NCBI GenBank assembly: GCA_005223125.1
Contig: NJBH01000003.1
Location: forward strand, 164,303-228,302
Source: Promethearchaeota archaeon Loki_b32
GTDB taxonomy: Archaea; Asgardarchaeota; Lokiarchaeia; Sigyniarchaeales; SOKP01
Reading direction: 5' to 3'
Length of the DNA stretch: 64,000 nucleotides
Position numbers and translations under genes: made by a program. A model generated the notes under the pieces. The model made no database searches. It worked only from the letters and a program-made list of their open reading frames with translations, and was not told the DNA's origin. The stretch's first letter is position 1, and the number at the start of each line of letters is the position of its first letter. Of the stretch, positions 20,765 through 30,827 are shown in pieces.

Positions 20765-21088
20765 ATGAGTCCACAAATCAAATCAATAAATCCTTTAAGA
20801 AGATTTCAAAAAAGCTCCATTTTAATACATATTTTATATCACGCTAGTAAGGAACCATTTTATGGTTCATGGTTAAAAAATGAGCTAAATATAAATGATT
20901 ATAATATTTCAGATGGAACTTTATATCCATGGTTAAATAGATTAACATCTTCTGGTTTTTTATCTTTGGAAAAACGAAATGTTGAAGGAAAAATTAGAAA
21001 ATATTATTCTATTACAGAAATGGGCAAAACTCATTTTGAGAAAATTAAAGAATATCTTAAAGAACTATATAATGAAGTTATTGAGTAG
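20765..21088 (+). CDS. PadR family transcriptional regulator
   Basis: HILYHA..EPFYG, GTLYPWL, RKYYSITEMG. Confidence 0.93.
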   Translation: MSPQIKSINPLRRFQKSSILIHILYHASKEPFYGSWLKNELNINDYNISDGTLYPWLNRLTSSGFLSLEKRNVEGKIRKYYSITEMGKTHFEKIKEYLKELYNEVIE

Positions 21089-21193
21089 TGTGAAGAAGAG
21101 AAGAAATTTTGATTCTTAATTTAGATTTTTTTTTATATAAGTTTATAATTAGACAATGAATTTTTATTCATACCGAATTAAAAAATAACAATT

Positions 21194-21886
21194 GTGATTC
21201 CAATGTCAAATGAAGATAAAACATTGAATGTTATTGACGAAACTATTCAAGCAGCTGAAGCCAGTTTCAAGGATTTTATAGAAGTTCTGGAAACTTCTAG
21301 AACAGCATTAATTAATCTTGAAACAGATAAAGTAGAGTTAAGTAATGAAAAAGAAAAACTTGAACTAGAAAAAAATCAATTAGAAGAAGCAAAAAATAAA
21401 TTGGAAAGTGAAAAGAAGTTATTAGAAACAGACAAGAAAAAATTAGAAGAGGAAACAAAGAAACTTGAATTGGAAAAAGAAGAAAGAGATCAAAAAATCG
21501 GCTCTTTAACAGAAGAACAAATGAAATTATTAGATGAGTACCAAAAAGTTAAGGTCGAATTAGAAAAGTTTATGAAGGTAGCTGAAGAAGCTGGAGAAGC
21601 TGAATATAATTTTGAGAGAGTTCGTGCTTTATTATCAATTTATAGTGTTTTAGTGTCAGAAATTTGGCAAGGACAGCCCCATTATCGAATCTTAATGACA
21701 CTTCACGGTGAGAAGGAGGAAATGACGAGAGAGCAAATAAAAACCACAACTGGAATTGGAGGTGCTTTTGTATTGCATTCAGTTCAAGAATTAGCCAAAG
21801 TCGGATTAGTAGAATATGATATGGACACTAGTACAGTGAAATTAATAAAACGCTTATTTCCAAAAAAAGCTTTAAAACAAAAATAA
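21194..21886 (+). CDS. Coiled-coil protein with C-terminal winged helix
   Basis: Heptads LE.EK.K x7; C-terminal MTREQIK...VQELAKVGLVEY. Confidence 0.7.
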   Translation: MIPMSNEDKTLNVIDETIQAAEASFKDFIEVLETSRTALINLETDKVELSNEKEKLELEKNQLEEAKNKLESEKKLLETDKKKLEEETKKLELEKEERDQKIGSLTEEQMKLLDEYQKVKVELEKFMKVAEEAGEAEYNFERVRALLSIYSVLVSEIWQGQPHYRILMTLHGEKEEMTREQIKTTTGIGGAFVLHSVQELAKVGLVEYDMDTSTVKLIKRLFPKKALKQK

Positions 21887-21916
21887 ATAAAAAGTTACTT
21901 AGTCAAACTATTTTTT

Positions 21917-22963
21917 TTATTTAGTGATAACCATTTCATGAAGGGTACTTCCCTTTTCTAGATATGATTTTCCATCATATTTTATTTTGAGGGTAAAGTC
22001 AGAATTTAATCGAAAATAGCCTGGTTTTAATTTTAAGATGTTTTTTGCTAAGAAACGAGTTATGGGCCCTAATTCATAAAGTAAGTTATCAGCGTCAATA
22101 ATCTCTTGAACTTCGAGAATAAATTCATGTTGGTTATTAATATTAAACTTTAAAACTTTTGGATACTTATTTCCGGCTTTTTCATTATATTCAAAATTCT
22201 CTTGAATTAATTCGTATTCACCAGTACTGAGAATTACATTTTCATTTTTCGCAAGCATTAGAACTTGGATTGGGTAATTATCCATTCTTTTATTGCATTT
22301 AATATAAGCAAAAATAACGGTAAAATTATCAGAGTATATCCTACCCCAATACCAATAGTCTATTATCAAGGCAAAATTAAAATCTAACCAATTATGATCA
22401 TGATATCCTATTCCCTTCACTTGCATTGTTTGGTTATCAACCTTAATAGTTCCTTCAACATCTGCTCGAGGAAGAGCTATGCACCACCCAAAATAATTTG
22501 ATTTGCCAAATTCAATATGTCCGTTTCCAGGCTTCCAACCATGAACTAAGGCATTATATTTTAAATGAAGCCCATATTCACCTTCATCTAAGAAAATCTC
22601 ATAGTTTGGTAATTCTTTGTTAGAATAATCAACTTTTATATAGTTTTTTCCAATTTGCACATCTGGAAAATCTTGAGAAGCTATAAAATCAGAATGAAGA
22701 TAATCAATTACTTTCTGTATTTTTTCTCCATTGGGTTTATAGATCGTAATTTCTACACCAGTTTTGCCAGTTCGTTCATGTTTTGCACGAAAAAATCCTA
22801 CTACTGTATATCCATTATCAAGACGTGCGTCAAAATACCACCATTCTCTAGTACCTTTCTTTTTCATATCGATGTGTAACGCATCATCTTTTGGTTGGAT
22901 TGGTTTAATTTCGCCATCTTTTCGACCTGGCCCTAACCAGGCTTCCTTAATTTTAGTACTCAT
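21917..22963 (-). CDS. AttH/CrtC-like (lipocalin-like) hydratase family
   Basis: EWWYFDA, GIGYHDHNW, WYWGR. Confidence 0.8.
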   Translation of the reverse strand: MSTKIKEAWLGPGRKDGEIKPIQPKDDALHIDMKKKGTREWWYFDARLDNGYTVVGFFRAKHERTGKTGVEITIYKPNGEKIQKVIDYLHSDFIASQDFPDVQIGKNYIKVDYSNKELPNYEIFLDEGEYGLHLKYNALVHGWKPGNGHIEFGKSNYFGWCIALPRADVEGTIKVDNQTMQVKGIGYHDHNWLDFNFALIIDYWYWGRIYSDNFTVIFAYIKCNKRMDNYPIQVLMLAKNENVILSTGEYELIQENFEYNEKAGNKYPKVLKFNINNQHEFILEVQEIIDADNLLYELGPITRFLAKNILKLKPGYFRLNSDFTLKIKYDGKSYLEKGSTLHEMVITK

Positions 22964-22990
22964 AATAATATTTCTTTCATTTCTTAATAA

Positions 22991-23407
22991 TTATTCATTA
23001 TAGATTGTTAAAAATTTGAACATTTTTAATAAGATGAGCAATTTTCTTATCCCACGCATTTTTACTTTACCAGTTAACCATTTTTTCGCAACTCCAAGTA
23101 GTGAAAGCCGATTCATAGCAATAGCGAGAAAAGTTTGGGTATCCATCTCTAAAAAAGCATTCCACCCTATCTTTCGCTTTTTTAAATTTTCTTTTGGTTT
23201 ATTAAGTATACTCTCAACTCTCACAAATCCATGATCAATAACAATTAGAGCCGCATATTTTAAGTTCGAAGCATTTAAGAGAATTCTAGAACTAACATTT
23301 TGAAATTTGTCTTGAAACCTTTTATTTTCATTTAGGGGTGTGAGGATACTATTGATAAGAACTGCAAAACCTCTTATCTCATTATTTTCTTGGTTTGACT
23401 CTACCAT
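22991..23407 (-). CDS. SCP2 sterol/lipid-binding domain protein
   Basis: LEMDTQTFLAIA....WLTGKVKMRG. Confidence 0.75.
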   Translation of the reverse strand: MVESNQENNEIRGFAVLINSILTPLNENKRFQDKFQNVSSRILLNASNLKYAALIVIDHGFVRVESILNKPKENLKKRKIGWNAFLEMDTQTFLAIAMNRLSLLGVAKKWLTGKVKMRGIRKLLILLKMFKFLTIYNE

Positions 23408-23431
23408 GATATTAGTCTTGAATTTGTTTTT

Positions 23432-25000
23432 TTATTTGTTTTGTGGTGTAATGTAAAATCCGGAATCAGATATATTATTTGGGTCAAATATTTCTTTAAT
23501 TTTTCTTAACCATATATGATAGTTAGACATATGAGGTCCAAATAGCTCATGCATGCGGGTACCTTCCACGAAGAATGGAGCACCAAGATGTTTAAGTAAA
23601 TCTAATTGATTACTTTTTTCCATGTACTCGGCCATTCCACTTACACTTTGTTCCGTTGTTTGATCAAACATAGTTGGCGATTCCATATGAAAATAATGAC
23701 CTGATTCATATGATGTCATCCATGTTCCTTCTCCAAAATCGTTCACAATTACACCTTGCTTAATAAATCCCTTCTTTAGAGGGATATTCGATTTAGTACT
23801 TCGAAGACATACATTCGCTGTGTCTGCGACTCCTTTAGTAGACTGAAAACCTCCAGTAGCTATAAATCCATGTAATCCCAAATTCGAGCGGAGAGCTTCA
23901 GCATAAAATGTGGGATTAGGAGTATATATTTTTCCGATAATATTTTTTATTTTAAATTTCTTAAGTAAAAAATCCATTACCTTCTGTTTATAATAAAATT
24001 CTCGTTGCGTACGAGCAGCAATAATTACAACTAATGGAGCTTTCATCTGCCCTATTGCTATTTTATCCATCAAACTTTCAATTGAATTTGAAAAAATAGC
24101 CATCACTGCAAAACCAGATAAATAACTACACATAAATGATATTTCTTGCTCTTCCACCCTCAACATAACAGTTTCGAGTTTCTTGAAATTTCCACAATCC
24201 ATAACATATAACTTCATAAACTCTGGGATTTCAAAATCGTAGTTAGGAGAATATCCTTTGACACTATATTCTGTACTACAAGGATATGGAAATAATTTTA
24301 CAGCTACTTTGGTAAAAACACCAAGCCCTGATTTTGTGCCAGCCCAACCTCTCATAATGCCTCGTAAACTAGGTCCTGGACCATCTCCATGAAAAAAGTC
24401 AGGATTATTTTTTAATCCATAAGCCCCTAATTTCATAATTTCTCCATCTGGTAATACCCATTCTACAGCTAAAACATTTCTTGCACTATGTCCTGTAGAA
24501 GGAGATGTAAAACCCGGACCATTCATAGATGTAGCACTCGCAAGAGGAGAAACTTGGGGACCTGCTCCTGGCATGTGACAATTAAGCCCATATTTCATTA
24601 TTTCAACTTGTAACTGTGATCCACTTACATAGGGTTCAATAACAGCATAAAGGTTTTTCTCATCAATTTTCACTATTTTATTCATTCGGCGAAGATCTAT
24701 AATAATAGAATTATCCGTTGAAGGTTGATTCCAAGGGCCAAGTCCCGTGCTTTGAGCTTTAAATACAATCCTATATTTATTACATAATTTAACTATTTGC
24801 TGGACTTCTACTGTAGAAGATGGCAAGACAACTGCTTTAGGAATAGGAGAAAATGGAATTGGTTCTTTTCCTTCCATATAATTAAAAATTTCCATACACC
24901 AATTATAAGCATAAACATTAGTAATTACCTCACCGTCATCAATATTCCCTATACCAACAATATCCTCAAATTCTTTAAAAATATCTTTTTCAAGAACCAA
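23432..25000 (-). CDS. FAD-binding oxidoreductase (GlcD/alkyl-DHAP synthase-like)
   Basis: PKAVVLPSST.EVQ, IDLRRMNKI, IKEIFDPNN. Confidence 0.85.
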   Translation of the reverse strand: MVLEKDIFKEFEDIVGIGNIDDGEVITNVYAYNWCMEIFNYMEGKEPIPFSPIPKAVVLPSSTVEVQQIVKLCNKYRIVFKAQSTGLGPWNQPSTDNSIIIDLRRMNKIVKIDEKNLYAVIEPYVSGSQLQVEIMKYGLNCHMPGAGPQVSPLASATSMNGPGFTSPSTGHSARNVLAVEWVLPDGEIMKLGAYGLKNNPDFFHGDGPGPSLRGIMRGWAGTKSGLGVFTKVAVKLFPYPCSTEYSVKGYSPNYDFEIPEFMKLYVMDCGNFKKLETVMLRVEEQEISFMCSYLSGFAVMAIFSNSIESLMDKIAIGQMKAPLVVIIAARTQREFYYKQKVMDFLLKKFKIKNIIGKIYTPNPTFYAEALRSNLGLHGFIATGGFQSTKGVADTANVCLRSTKSNIPLKKGFIKQGVIVNDFGEGTWMTSYESGHYFHMESPTMFDQTTEQSVSGMAEYMEKSNQLDLLKHLGAPFFVEGTRMHELFGPHMSNYHIWLRKIKEIFDPNNISDSGFYITPQNK

Positions 25001-25001
25001 C

Positions 25002-26306
25002 TTAAGCTACCTCCGTCGATGATTCTTTGATTGATTTATTTGGTGAACCTATTGCCATTAAAAGTAACTCACTTATATCATAGAACGTTAGATTAGAACC
25101 TTTTTCAATGATTCCATCATTTAAATTAGTGTAACAAAAAGGACATGCGGATGTGATTATTTCTGCTCCAGTATCTTCAGCTTCTTCTATCCGAGTTTTA
25201 GCAGTTTTAAGAGCAAACTCTGGAAATGCTGATTTTACACCTCCTCCAGCACCACAACAATAGGAATATTCTTTTATTCTTTCCATTTCAATAAAATTAA
25301 TCCCTGGTATTTTTTTTAAGATATCTCTTGGAGATTCATAAATGCCATATGTTCCACATCTCTTAGGTTTTTCAGGCATATTAAGAGATACAAGAGGCAT
25401 CATCTGTAATGCTTCACCATCCCATTCTTCATATGGTTCAGAATTACGCCCTAAATGACAAGGATCATGGTATGTTACTGTTTGAAGGACTTGATTATTC
25501 AATTTCAATTTAGAATTGTCGATAAATTCATTAAATAATTCTGTTGTATGAAGTGTTTTAAAGTTATATTCTCGTTCTAATGGATAATCAACCTTAAAGG
25601 TGTCATAACATCCTGCACAACTAAAAACAACAGTATCTATATTTTCTTTTTCAATAATATCAAGATTCTTATTTACTTGGTCAATAAATGATTTTTTATC
25701 TCCAGTCCTTAAAATTGGACTTCCGCAGCAATATTCATATTCACTTAGGATTTTAAATGGATAACTTGCAGCATTCATTATGCGAGCGGTGGCAAGTACT
25801 ATTTCTTTTCTTCGGTAAGAGGATGTACATCCTACAAAATATAAGACCTTTGCATCTGGATCAATTTTAATATCATTAGATAACCAGTCTAATCTGTTTT
25901 CATGAAGTTCATTATAAGGATTATTATTGCTTTTAATTGATTCAATATATTGCTGTTGTTTTGGCATTGGCCCATATCCTAAGGAAACTAATTTTTCTCT
26001 GAGTTTAACTATGATTTCAAGGGGTTCTAGCGTATTTAAAAATTTACAAGCAACAGCACATCCTCCACATTCAGTACATTTATATACAATATCCAATAAT
26101 TCTTGAGACGGTTTCAATCTTCCCATTTCTAATGCTAAAGCTATGATTATACGACCTCCTCCACTATATGCATGAAAATTAAACATATCTATTGATGGAC
26201 AAATTGTAGCATACTTTTGACTTTTTATTTGCAGTTGTGGAATCCACTTGCATATTGAGCAACGGAGACAACGTTTTATCATTTGATTATACTCTTTCTC
26301 ATTCAA
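25002..26306 (-). CDS. (Fe-S)-binding CCG-domain oxidoreductase (GlpC/HdrD-like)
   Basis: CLRCSIC, CTECGGC, CCGS, YHDPCHLGR, CCGAGGG, ACPFC. Confidence 0.92.
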   Translation of the reverse strand: MNEKEYNQMIKRCLRCSICKWIPQLQIKSQKYATICPSIDMFNFHAYSGGGRIIIALALEMGRLKPSQELLDIVYKCTECGGCAVACKFLNTLEPLEIIVKLREKLVSLGYGPMPKQQQYIESIKSNNNPYNELHENRLDWLSNDIKIDPDAKVLYFVGCTSSYRRKEIVLATARIMNAASYPFKILSEYEYCCGSPILRTGDKKSFIDQVNKNLDIIEKENIDTVVFSCAGCYDTFKVDYPLEREYNFKTLHTTELFNEFIDNSKLKLNNQVLQTVTYHDPCHLGRNSEPYEEWDGEALQMMPLVSLNMPEKPKRCGTYGIYESPRDILKKIPGINFIEMERIKEYSYCCGAGGGVKSAFPEFALKTAKTRIEEAEDTGAEIITSACPFCYTNLNDGIIEKGSNLTFYDISELLLMAIGSPNKSIKESSTEVA

Positions 26307-26476
26307 TAATGTAAAAACTCCCCATTTTATTTATGGTAACTAATTTAAAACAAATTTTAGCAATGAAATAAATTAATTTTTAATCTAATAAAACAATAAC
26401 TATTACGAATTTCAATATTGTACTTTAAATTTTAAACATTTTTTTAGAAAGAGCTAATAAAATAAGTAGGATAAAT

Positions 26477-27364
26477 TCATACAATTTGGGATAACTCTTC
26501 CCAATATTCTTTTATACTCCACTCTCTATTTGCTTTTATATTAAAAGCTATTTTTGCTAGGATTTCTCTAATCCTTTTAGAATTTAGATAATGAAAATTG
26601 GGTGTTATAGCACATACCATAAATGTTCCTTTACCACTTTCGGGAGCTATTATCGAACTATCTTCCATTTTATCTATCAAAGCATATGCGTCTATGAGAT
26701 CTTTTACAATCCTCATAATAAACTGGTTTTTCTCTAGAACTTGTTCAAATTCATAAATTTTTATCAGAGTAGAGTATAAATGAGTCGTTAGGTCTTTAAG
26801 ATTGAGGGAAGGAATTAAGTTTTTTGGGAAATAATCCAAGATTACAGGTCCTTTATCATCCTCCCAACTCATATTAAAAATATAGTAAAAATCCGCTTTA
26901 CTAAATGTTTCGAGAGATGGTTCTTCGAATTTTAATATGTCCTTAAGCTTTTTCTCAAGTATTTTGGAATTTTTTTTAATTTCTCTACTTTCTTTTATTT
27001 TGATTTTGATTTTTTCTAATAAATCTTTTGGGCTAAATGGTTTTGTTATGTAATCATCTGCTCCAAGCATTTTACCAAATCTAACATCATCTGGTTCTGT
27101 TTTACCAGATAGAAAGAAAAATGGAATTCTTGACAACTCAGTTTTTTCTGAAACCTTCATATAGAATTCATATCCATCCATTTCGGGCATTAAAATATCA
27201 CTTATTATAATATCAGGGGGATATTCAAGTTTCGAAAGAACTTCTAATCCTTGTTTACCATTTAAAGCAGTGGCTAAATCGTAGTCATTCATTTCAAAGA
27301 ATATTTTAAAATTCTTTATTAGAATTTCATCATCTTCAACTAAAAATACGAGAGGTTTCATCAT
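26477..27364 (-). CDS. Response-regulator receiver domain fused to a C-terminal longin/uDENN-like domain
   Basis: VEDD, SDILMPEMDG, DYITKPF; C-terminal SWEDDKGPVILDYFP. Confidence 0.85.
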   Translation of the reverse strand: MMKPLVFLVEDDEILIKNFKIFFEMNDYDLATALNGKQGLEVLSKLEYPPDIIISDILMPEMDGYEFYMKVSEKTELSRIPFFFLSGKTEPDDVRFGKMLGADDYITKPFSPKDLLEKIKIKIKESREIKKNSKILEKKLKDILKFEEPSLETFSKADFYYIFNMSWEDDKGPVILDYFPKNLIPSLNLKDLTTHLYSTLIKIYEFEQVLEKNQFIMRIVKDLIDAYALIDKMEDSSIIAPESGKGTFMVCAITPNFHYLNSKRIREILAKIAFNIKANREWSIKEYWEELSQIV

Positions 27365-27530
27365 TCCTAAGTCTTTTTCTTAATATTGAAATTATTGATT
27401 CTCACTTATAATAAAAAATTAAATATTTAATATTTATGAAAATAAAAATAAGTCTAAATTCGTTTCCAAATATTATAAGAAAAAAATATTCAAATTTTGC
27501 TATAAAATATATTAAGGAAATTTATTTAGG

Positions 27531-28994
27531 CTAATCATCAAAACATAAAACTCCAGGATTTAAGACATTATTTGGGTCAAAAATTCTTTTCACCTTTTTT
27601 AAGGCTCTATAAGTGGAGTCTTCATGTCTTTCATAAACCTCTTTCGCCCATAGACCATAAGGTCTATTAAAAAAAGCACCAGAATTCATTAGATCAATGC
27701 TGGTTTTCATAAATTTCTCTTTAACATATAATGCTTCTTCTTGGTTATTAGGATTATAATAAATATCAAATTCACAATGATAAGAAGTTCCCTGGTTAAT
27801 CGGTTGAATATAAATTCCCAAATTATTAGCAATTTGGTTTTCAACTAAGGCTATAAATTCTGTAATTTTTTCATAATTTGATATGAAAAATATATCTTGA
27901 CATCCTCCATTCAATCTTAATCTCCAGGGATTTGCATCAGCTTGATTCAAAAATTTTAAAATGTCATCTTTATTTATTTTAGATTTATTATTTGATAGTT
28001 TTAGTTTTTTCTCTTTCATAATATCATGTATATCGCCTTCGAGATAGTCTATTTTATCATTTGCTAATTGATCTCTTCCTGATATAACAAATATTAAATT
28101 CCACATAGCCAAACTGTTAGCTAATTGTAAAATTTCAGATGAATCCTCTTTAATTAAACAAGCTAAATTTAGATTGTTCACAATTAATAATTCATCACAT
28201 AACCGGTATTTCAATAGTTCATATTGAAAATCTAGTAATTCTTCAATATTTTCTGACTGTAAATGGAATACTTTTTGAATTGAAGGTACTAATTCCAATT
28301 TAAGTGTAGCCCATGTAACAATGCCTATGCTTCCTTGTGCACCCTGAATTAACCTAAATGGACTGAATTGTGTTGGTCCCATAGGATTTACTTGAGCTTG
28401 TCCTGATTTTTTTTGTTGTTTAATGCTTCCTGGACCTGCTGCAGTTCCAGTTTTGAACAATTCACCATTTCCAAAAAAAACTTCGGTACATAGTAGTGGA
28501 TCTGAACTGTCCCACATATAACGAGGAATTATAATAGGTTCCCGCTCAAGTGCTGCTGTAAGAACTGATTTAGAAGATCTAGGATGTAGAGGAGTTAATA
28601 TTTTTAATCCTTTTTTATAGAGGTGTGGTATTAATTCACCAAAACTGACTCCTGGTTCAATCATAACTACTCTGTTTTTCCTGTCAATATTGATAATTTT
28701 TTTCAATTTGGAGAGATTTAGGACTATAGAATTATTATTTCGTGGAATAGTATCTCCATGGTGCCTAGGACCTGAGGATGAACTAACAGGAATTATAGAG
28801 AAGTTTAAGGAATTAGCCAATTTTATAGTTTTTTGAATTTGATTTCGATTTCTTGGCCAAATTACATATTTTGGCTTTTTCTTGGGGAAAAAACTCAAAT
28901 CTTCAGAATACTCCTCAAGTACTTTAGGATCATTTGAAATATTTTTTGAGCCAACAATCTTAACTAATTCTTGGTATATCCTCGTTTCACTCAT
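27531..28994 (-). CDS. FAD-binding oxidoreductase (VAO/PCMH family)
   Basis: PKYVIWP, IEPGVSFG, KRIFDPNNVLNPG. Confidence 0.88.
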   Translation of the reverse strand: MSETRIYQELVKIVGSKNISNDPKVLEEYSEDLSFFPKKKPKYVIWPRNRNQIQKTIKLANSLNFSIIPVSSSSGPRHHGDTIPRNNNSIVLNLSKLKKIINIDRKNRVVMIEPGVSFGELIPHLYKKGLKILTPLHPRSSKSVLTAALEREPIIIPRYMWDSSDPLLCTEVFFGNGELFKTGTAAGPGSIKQQKKSGQAQVNPMGPTQFSPFRLIQGAQGSIGIVTWATLKLELVPSIQKVFHLQSENIEELLDFQYELLKYRLCDELLIVNNLNLACLIKEDSSEILQLANSLAMWNLIFVISGRDQLANDKIDYLEGDIHDIMKEKKLKLSNNKSKINKDDILKFLNQADANPWRLRLNGGCQDIFFISNYEKITEFIALVENQIANNLGIYIQPINQGTSYHCEFDIYYNPNNQEEALYVKEKFMKTSIDLMNSGAFFNRPYGLWAKEVYERHEDSTYRALKKVKRIFDPNNVLNPGVLCFDD

Positions 28995-29142
28995 AGTATA
29001 TAAAATAATAAAGAAATTTCTTTATTCTTAAAATATTTCCACCTATTAAGATATTTTTATCTAGAAAACTAAATTTATAAATATCTGATGAGCATTATAA
29101 AACAAATATTATTTCTAAAAGATTTTTATAAAGGATATTCAA

Positions 29143-30543
29143 ATGAAAGATTTTGATTTAATTATAGTCGGTGCTGGACCTGGAGGATCGATGGCAGCGA
29201 AAACTGCTGCGGAAAAAGGATTAAAAACAATTTTTTTTGAGCGTAGTCGCAAGCCGGGTGAAAAGAATTCTTCAGGGTGCGGATTAGGACCACGCATGTT
29301 TAGAGACTTTCCTGAAATGATGAAAGAATTAACTCCTGATAAGTGTCCTTCAATGAGAGCTGGAACTGCCTCGCGTAATTATTTTGTAAATAATGATGAC
29401 ATTGTATCTGGTTATATTATGGCACGACCTACAGAATCTGTTTCATATGAACCCGCAAAATCATGGATTACTATGAATGTTTATCGTAGTGAGTTTGACC
29501 CATGGATTGCTAAATTTGCGACTGATGCGGGTGCTGAATTAAAGACTTCTACTTTAATTGTAGATTTATTGAAGGAAGATGGCAAAATATGTGGTGTAAT
29601 TGATGAAAAAGGAGAAAAATATAGGGCCCCAATAGTTATTGGAGCAGATGGAGTCATATCAACTGTAGCTCAAAAATCTGGATTGAGAAATAAATGGGCT
29701 CAAAATCAAGTTACATTAACACTACAGTACGATTTTCAAGCACCTTCGGACAAAATCGATGATATTATGGGTGATGAAACATTAGCTGTATGGTGGGGTT
29801 CAAACTTTCCAGCTTCATATCAAGTCTTCTTTAATGATGGTTTTCATCAAGGATTAGGAAACTGGATGAATTGGTGGGATAAAAATCCATTATATTATTT
29901 AAATCGTGTTATTAATCTTAAATATTATCAAAGATTGTTAAAAATCCTTGATGCTAAACCACGTGAGCTTCAATCTCACCTACTCCCTTGGTTAGATTAT
30001 CCATTCAATACTCATACTGATAGTGTTATATTGATTGGCGATGCTGGAGGATTTCCATGTCCTCTTGAAGCAGAGGGGATATATCCTGCTATGGTAACAG
30101 GAAAGATAGCAGCAGAAGTAGCTTCTGAAGCAGTAACATCTGGAGATGTGTCAAAAGCAACTCTTAAAAGATTTGATGAGGAATGGCAAAATACTAGTAT
30201 TGGAAAAGAGTTTGAGGCTGGTTGTGAGTTATGGAACATATGGAAAGCTTTACCATTTAGCCCAAAAGAAACAATGTCTTGGTTTGTACCAATGATAATG
30301 GAAATTCTAGGGGGCATATTTGATTGGTCACAACCTCATGCATTAAGGGTACGTCAAATTATAAGCCATGTCAAGTCATATATGCCTAAAGCGACACCAT
30401 TTATAATGACATATGTTTTTCCTCTAATAGCTAAGGTTTTTGAAGATGATTTAGATAAATTAATGGATCCTAAGAAGATTATGAAAGTGTTACCTAAACT
30501 TTTAGATATGTTACCACAGAAAAAGAAGAAAAGAGGTGGTTAA
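29143..30543 (+). CDS. FAD-dependent oxidoreductase, FixC/geranylgeranyl reductase family
   Basis: IVGAGPGG, VIGADGV, LIGDAGG, EGIYPAM. Confidence 0.88.
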   Translation: MKDFDLIIVGAGPGGSMAAKTAAEKGLKTIFFERSRKPGEKNSSGCGLGPRMFRDFPEMMKELTPDKCPSMRAGTASRNYFVNNDDIVSGYIMARPTESVSYEPAKSWITMNVYRSEFDPWIAKFATDAGAELKTSTLIVDLLKEDGKICGVIDEKGEKYRAPIVIGADGVISTVAQKSGLRNKWAQNQVTLTLQYDFQAPSDKIDDIMGDETLAVWWGSNFPASYQVFFNDGFHQGLGNWMNWWDKNPLYYLNRVINLKYYQRLLKILDAKPRELQSHLLPWLDYPFNTHTDSVILIGDAGGFPCPLEAEGIYPAMVTGKIAAEVASEAVTSGDVSKATLKRFDEEWQNTSIGKEFEAGCELWNIWKALPFSPKETMSWFVPMIMEILGGIFDWSQPHALRVRQIISHVKSYMPKATPFIMTYVFPLIAKVFEDDLDKLMDPKKIMKVLPKLLDMLPQKKKKRGG

Positions 30544-30548
30544 CAAAA

Positions 30549-30818
30549 ATGAAAATCGAATTAGAAGGTTTAACTAATCGAGTACCAGGTACAGGAGACT
30601 TTATTACGATAGATTATGCTAAATGTAATAATTGCGAATGTTGTTTAATTATATGTGTAATGAATTTATGGCGAAAAAAAGAAGGAAAAATATACATAGT
30701 AGACGACTATCAATCGAAATGTTTAGAATGTGCTGCTTGTTATCAAATATGTGATGCAAGTGCAATAAAATTTCAATATCCTACTGGGGGTACAGGAATA
30801 GTATTTGAAAAAGGGTAA
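30549..30818 (+). CDS. Ferredoxin (FixX-like)
   Basis: CNNCECCLIIC, CLECAACYQIC, YPTGGTGI. Confidence 0.88.
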   Translation: MKIELEGLTNRVPGTGDFITIDYAKCNNCECCLIICVMNLWRKKEGKIYIVDDYQSKCLECAACYQICDASAIKFQYPTGGTGIVFEKG

Positions 30819-30827
30819 AAAAAGTTT

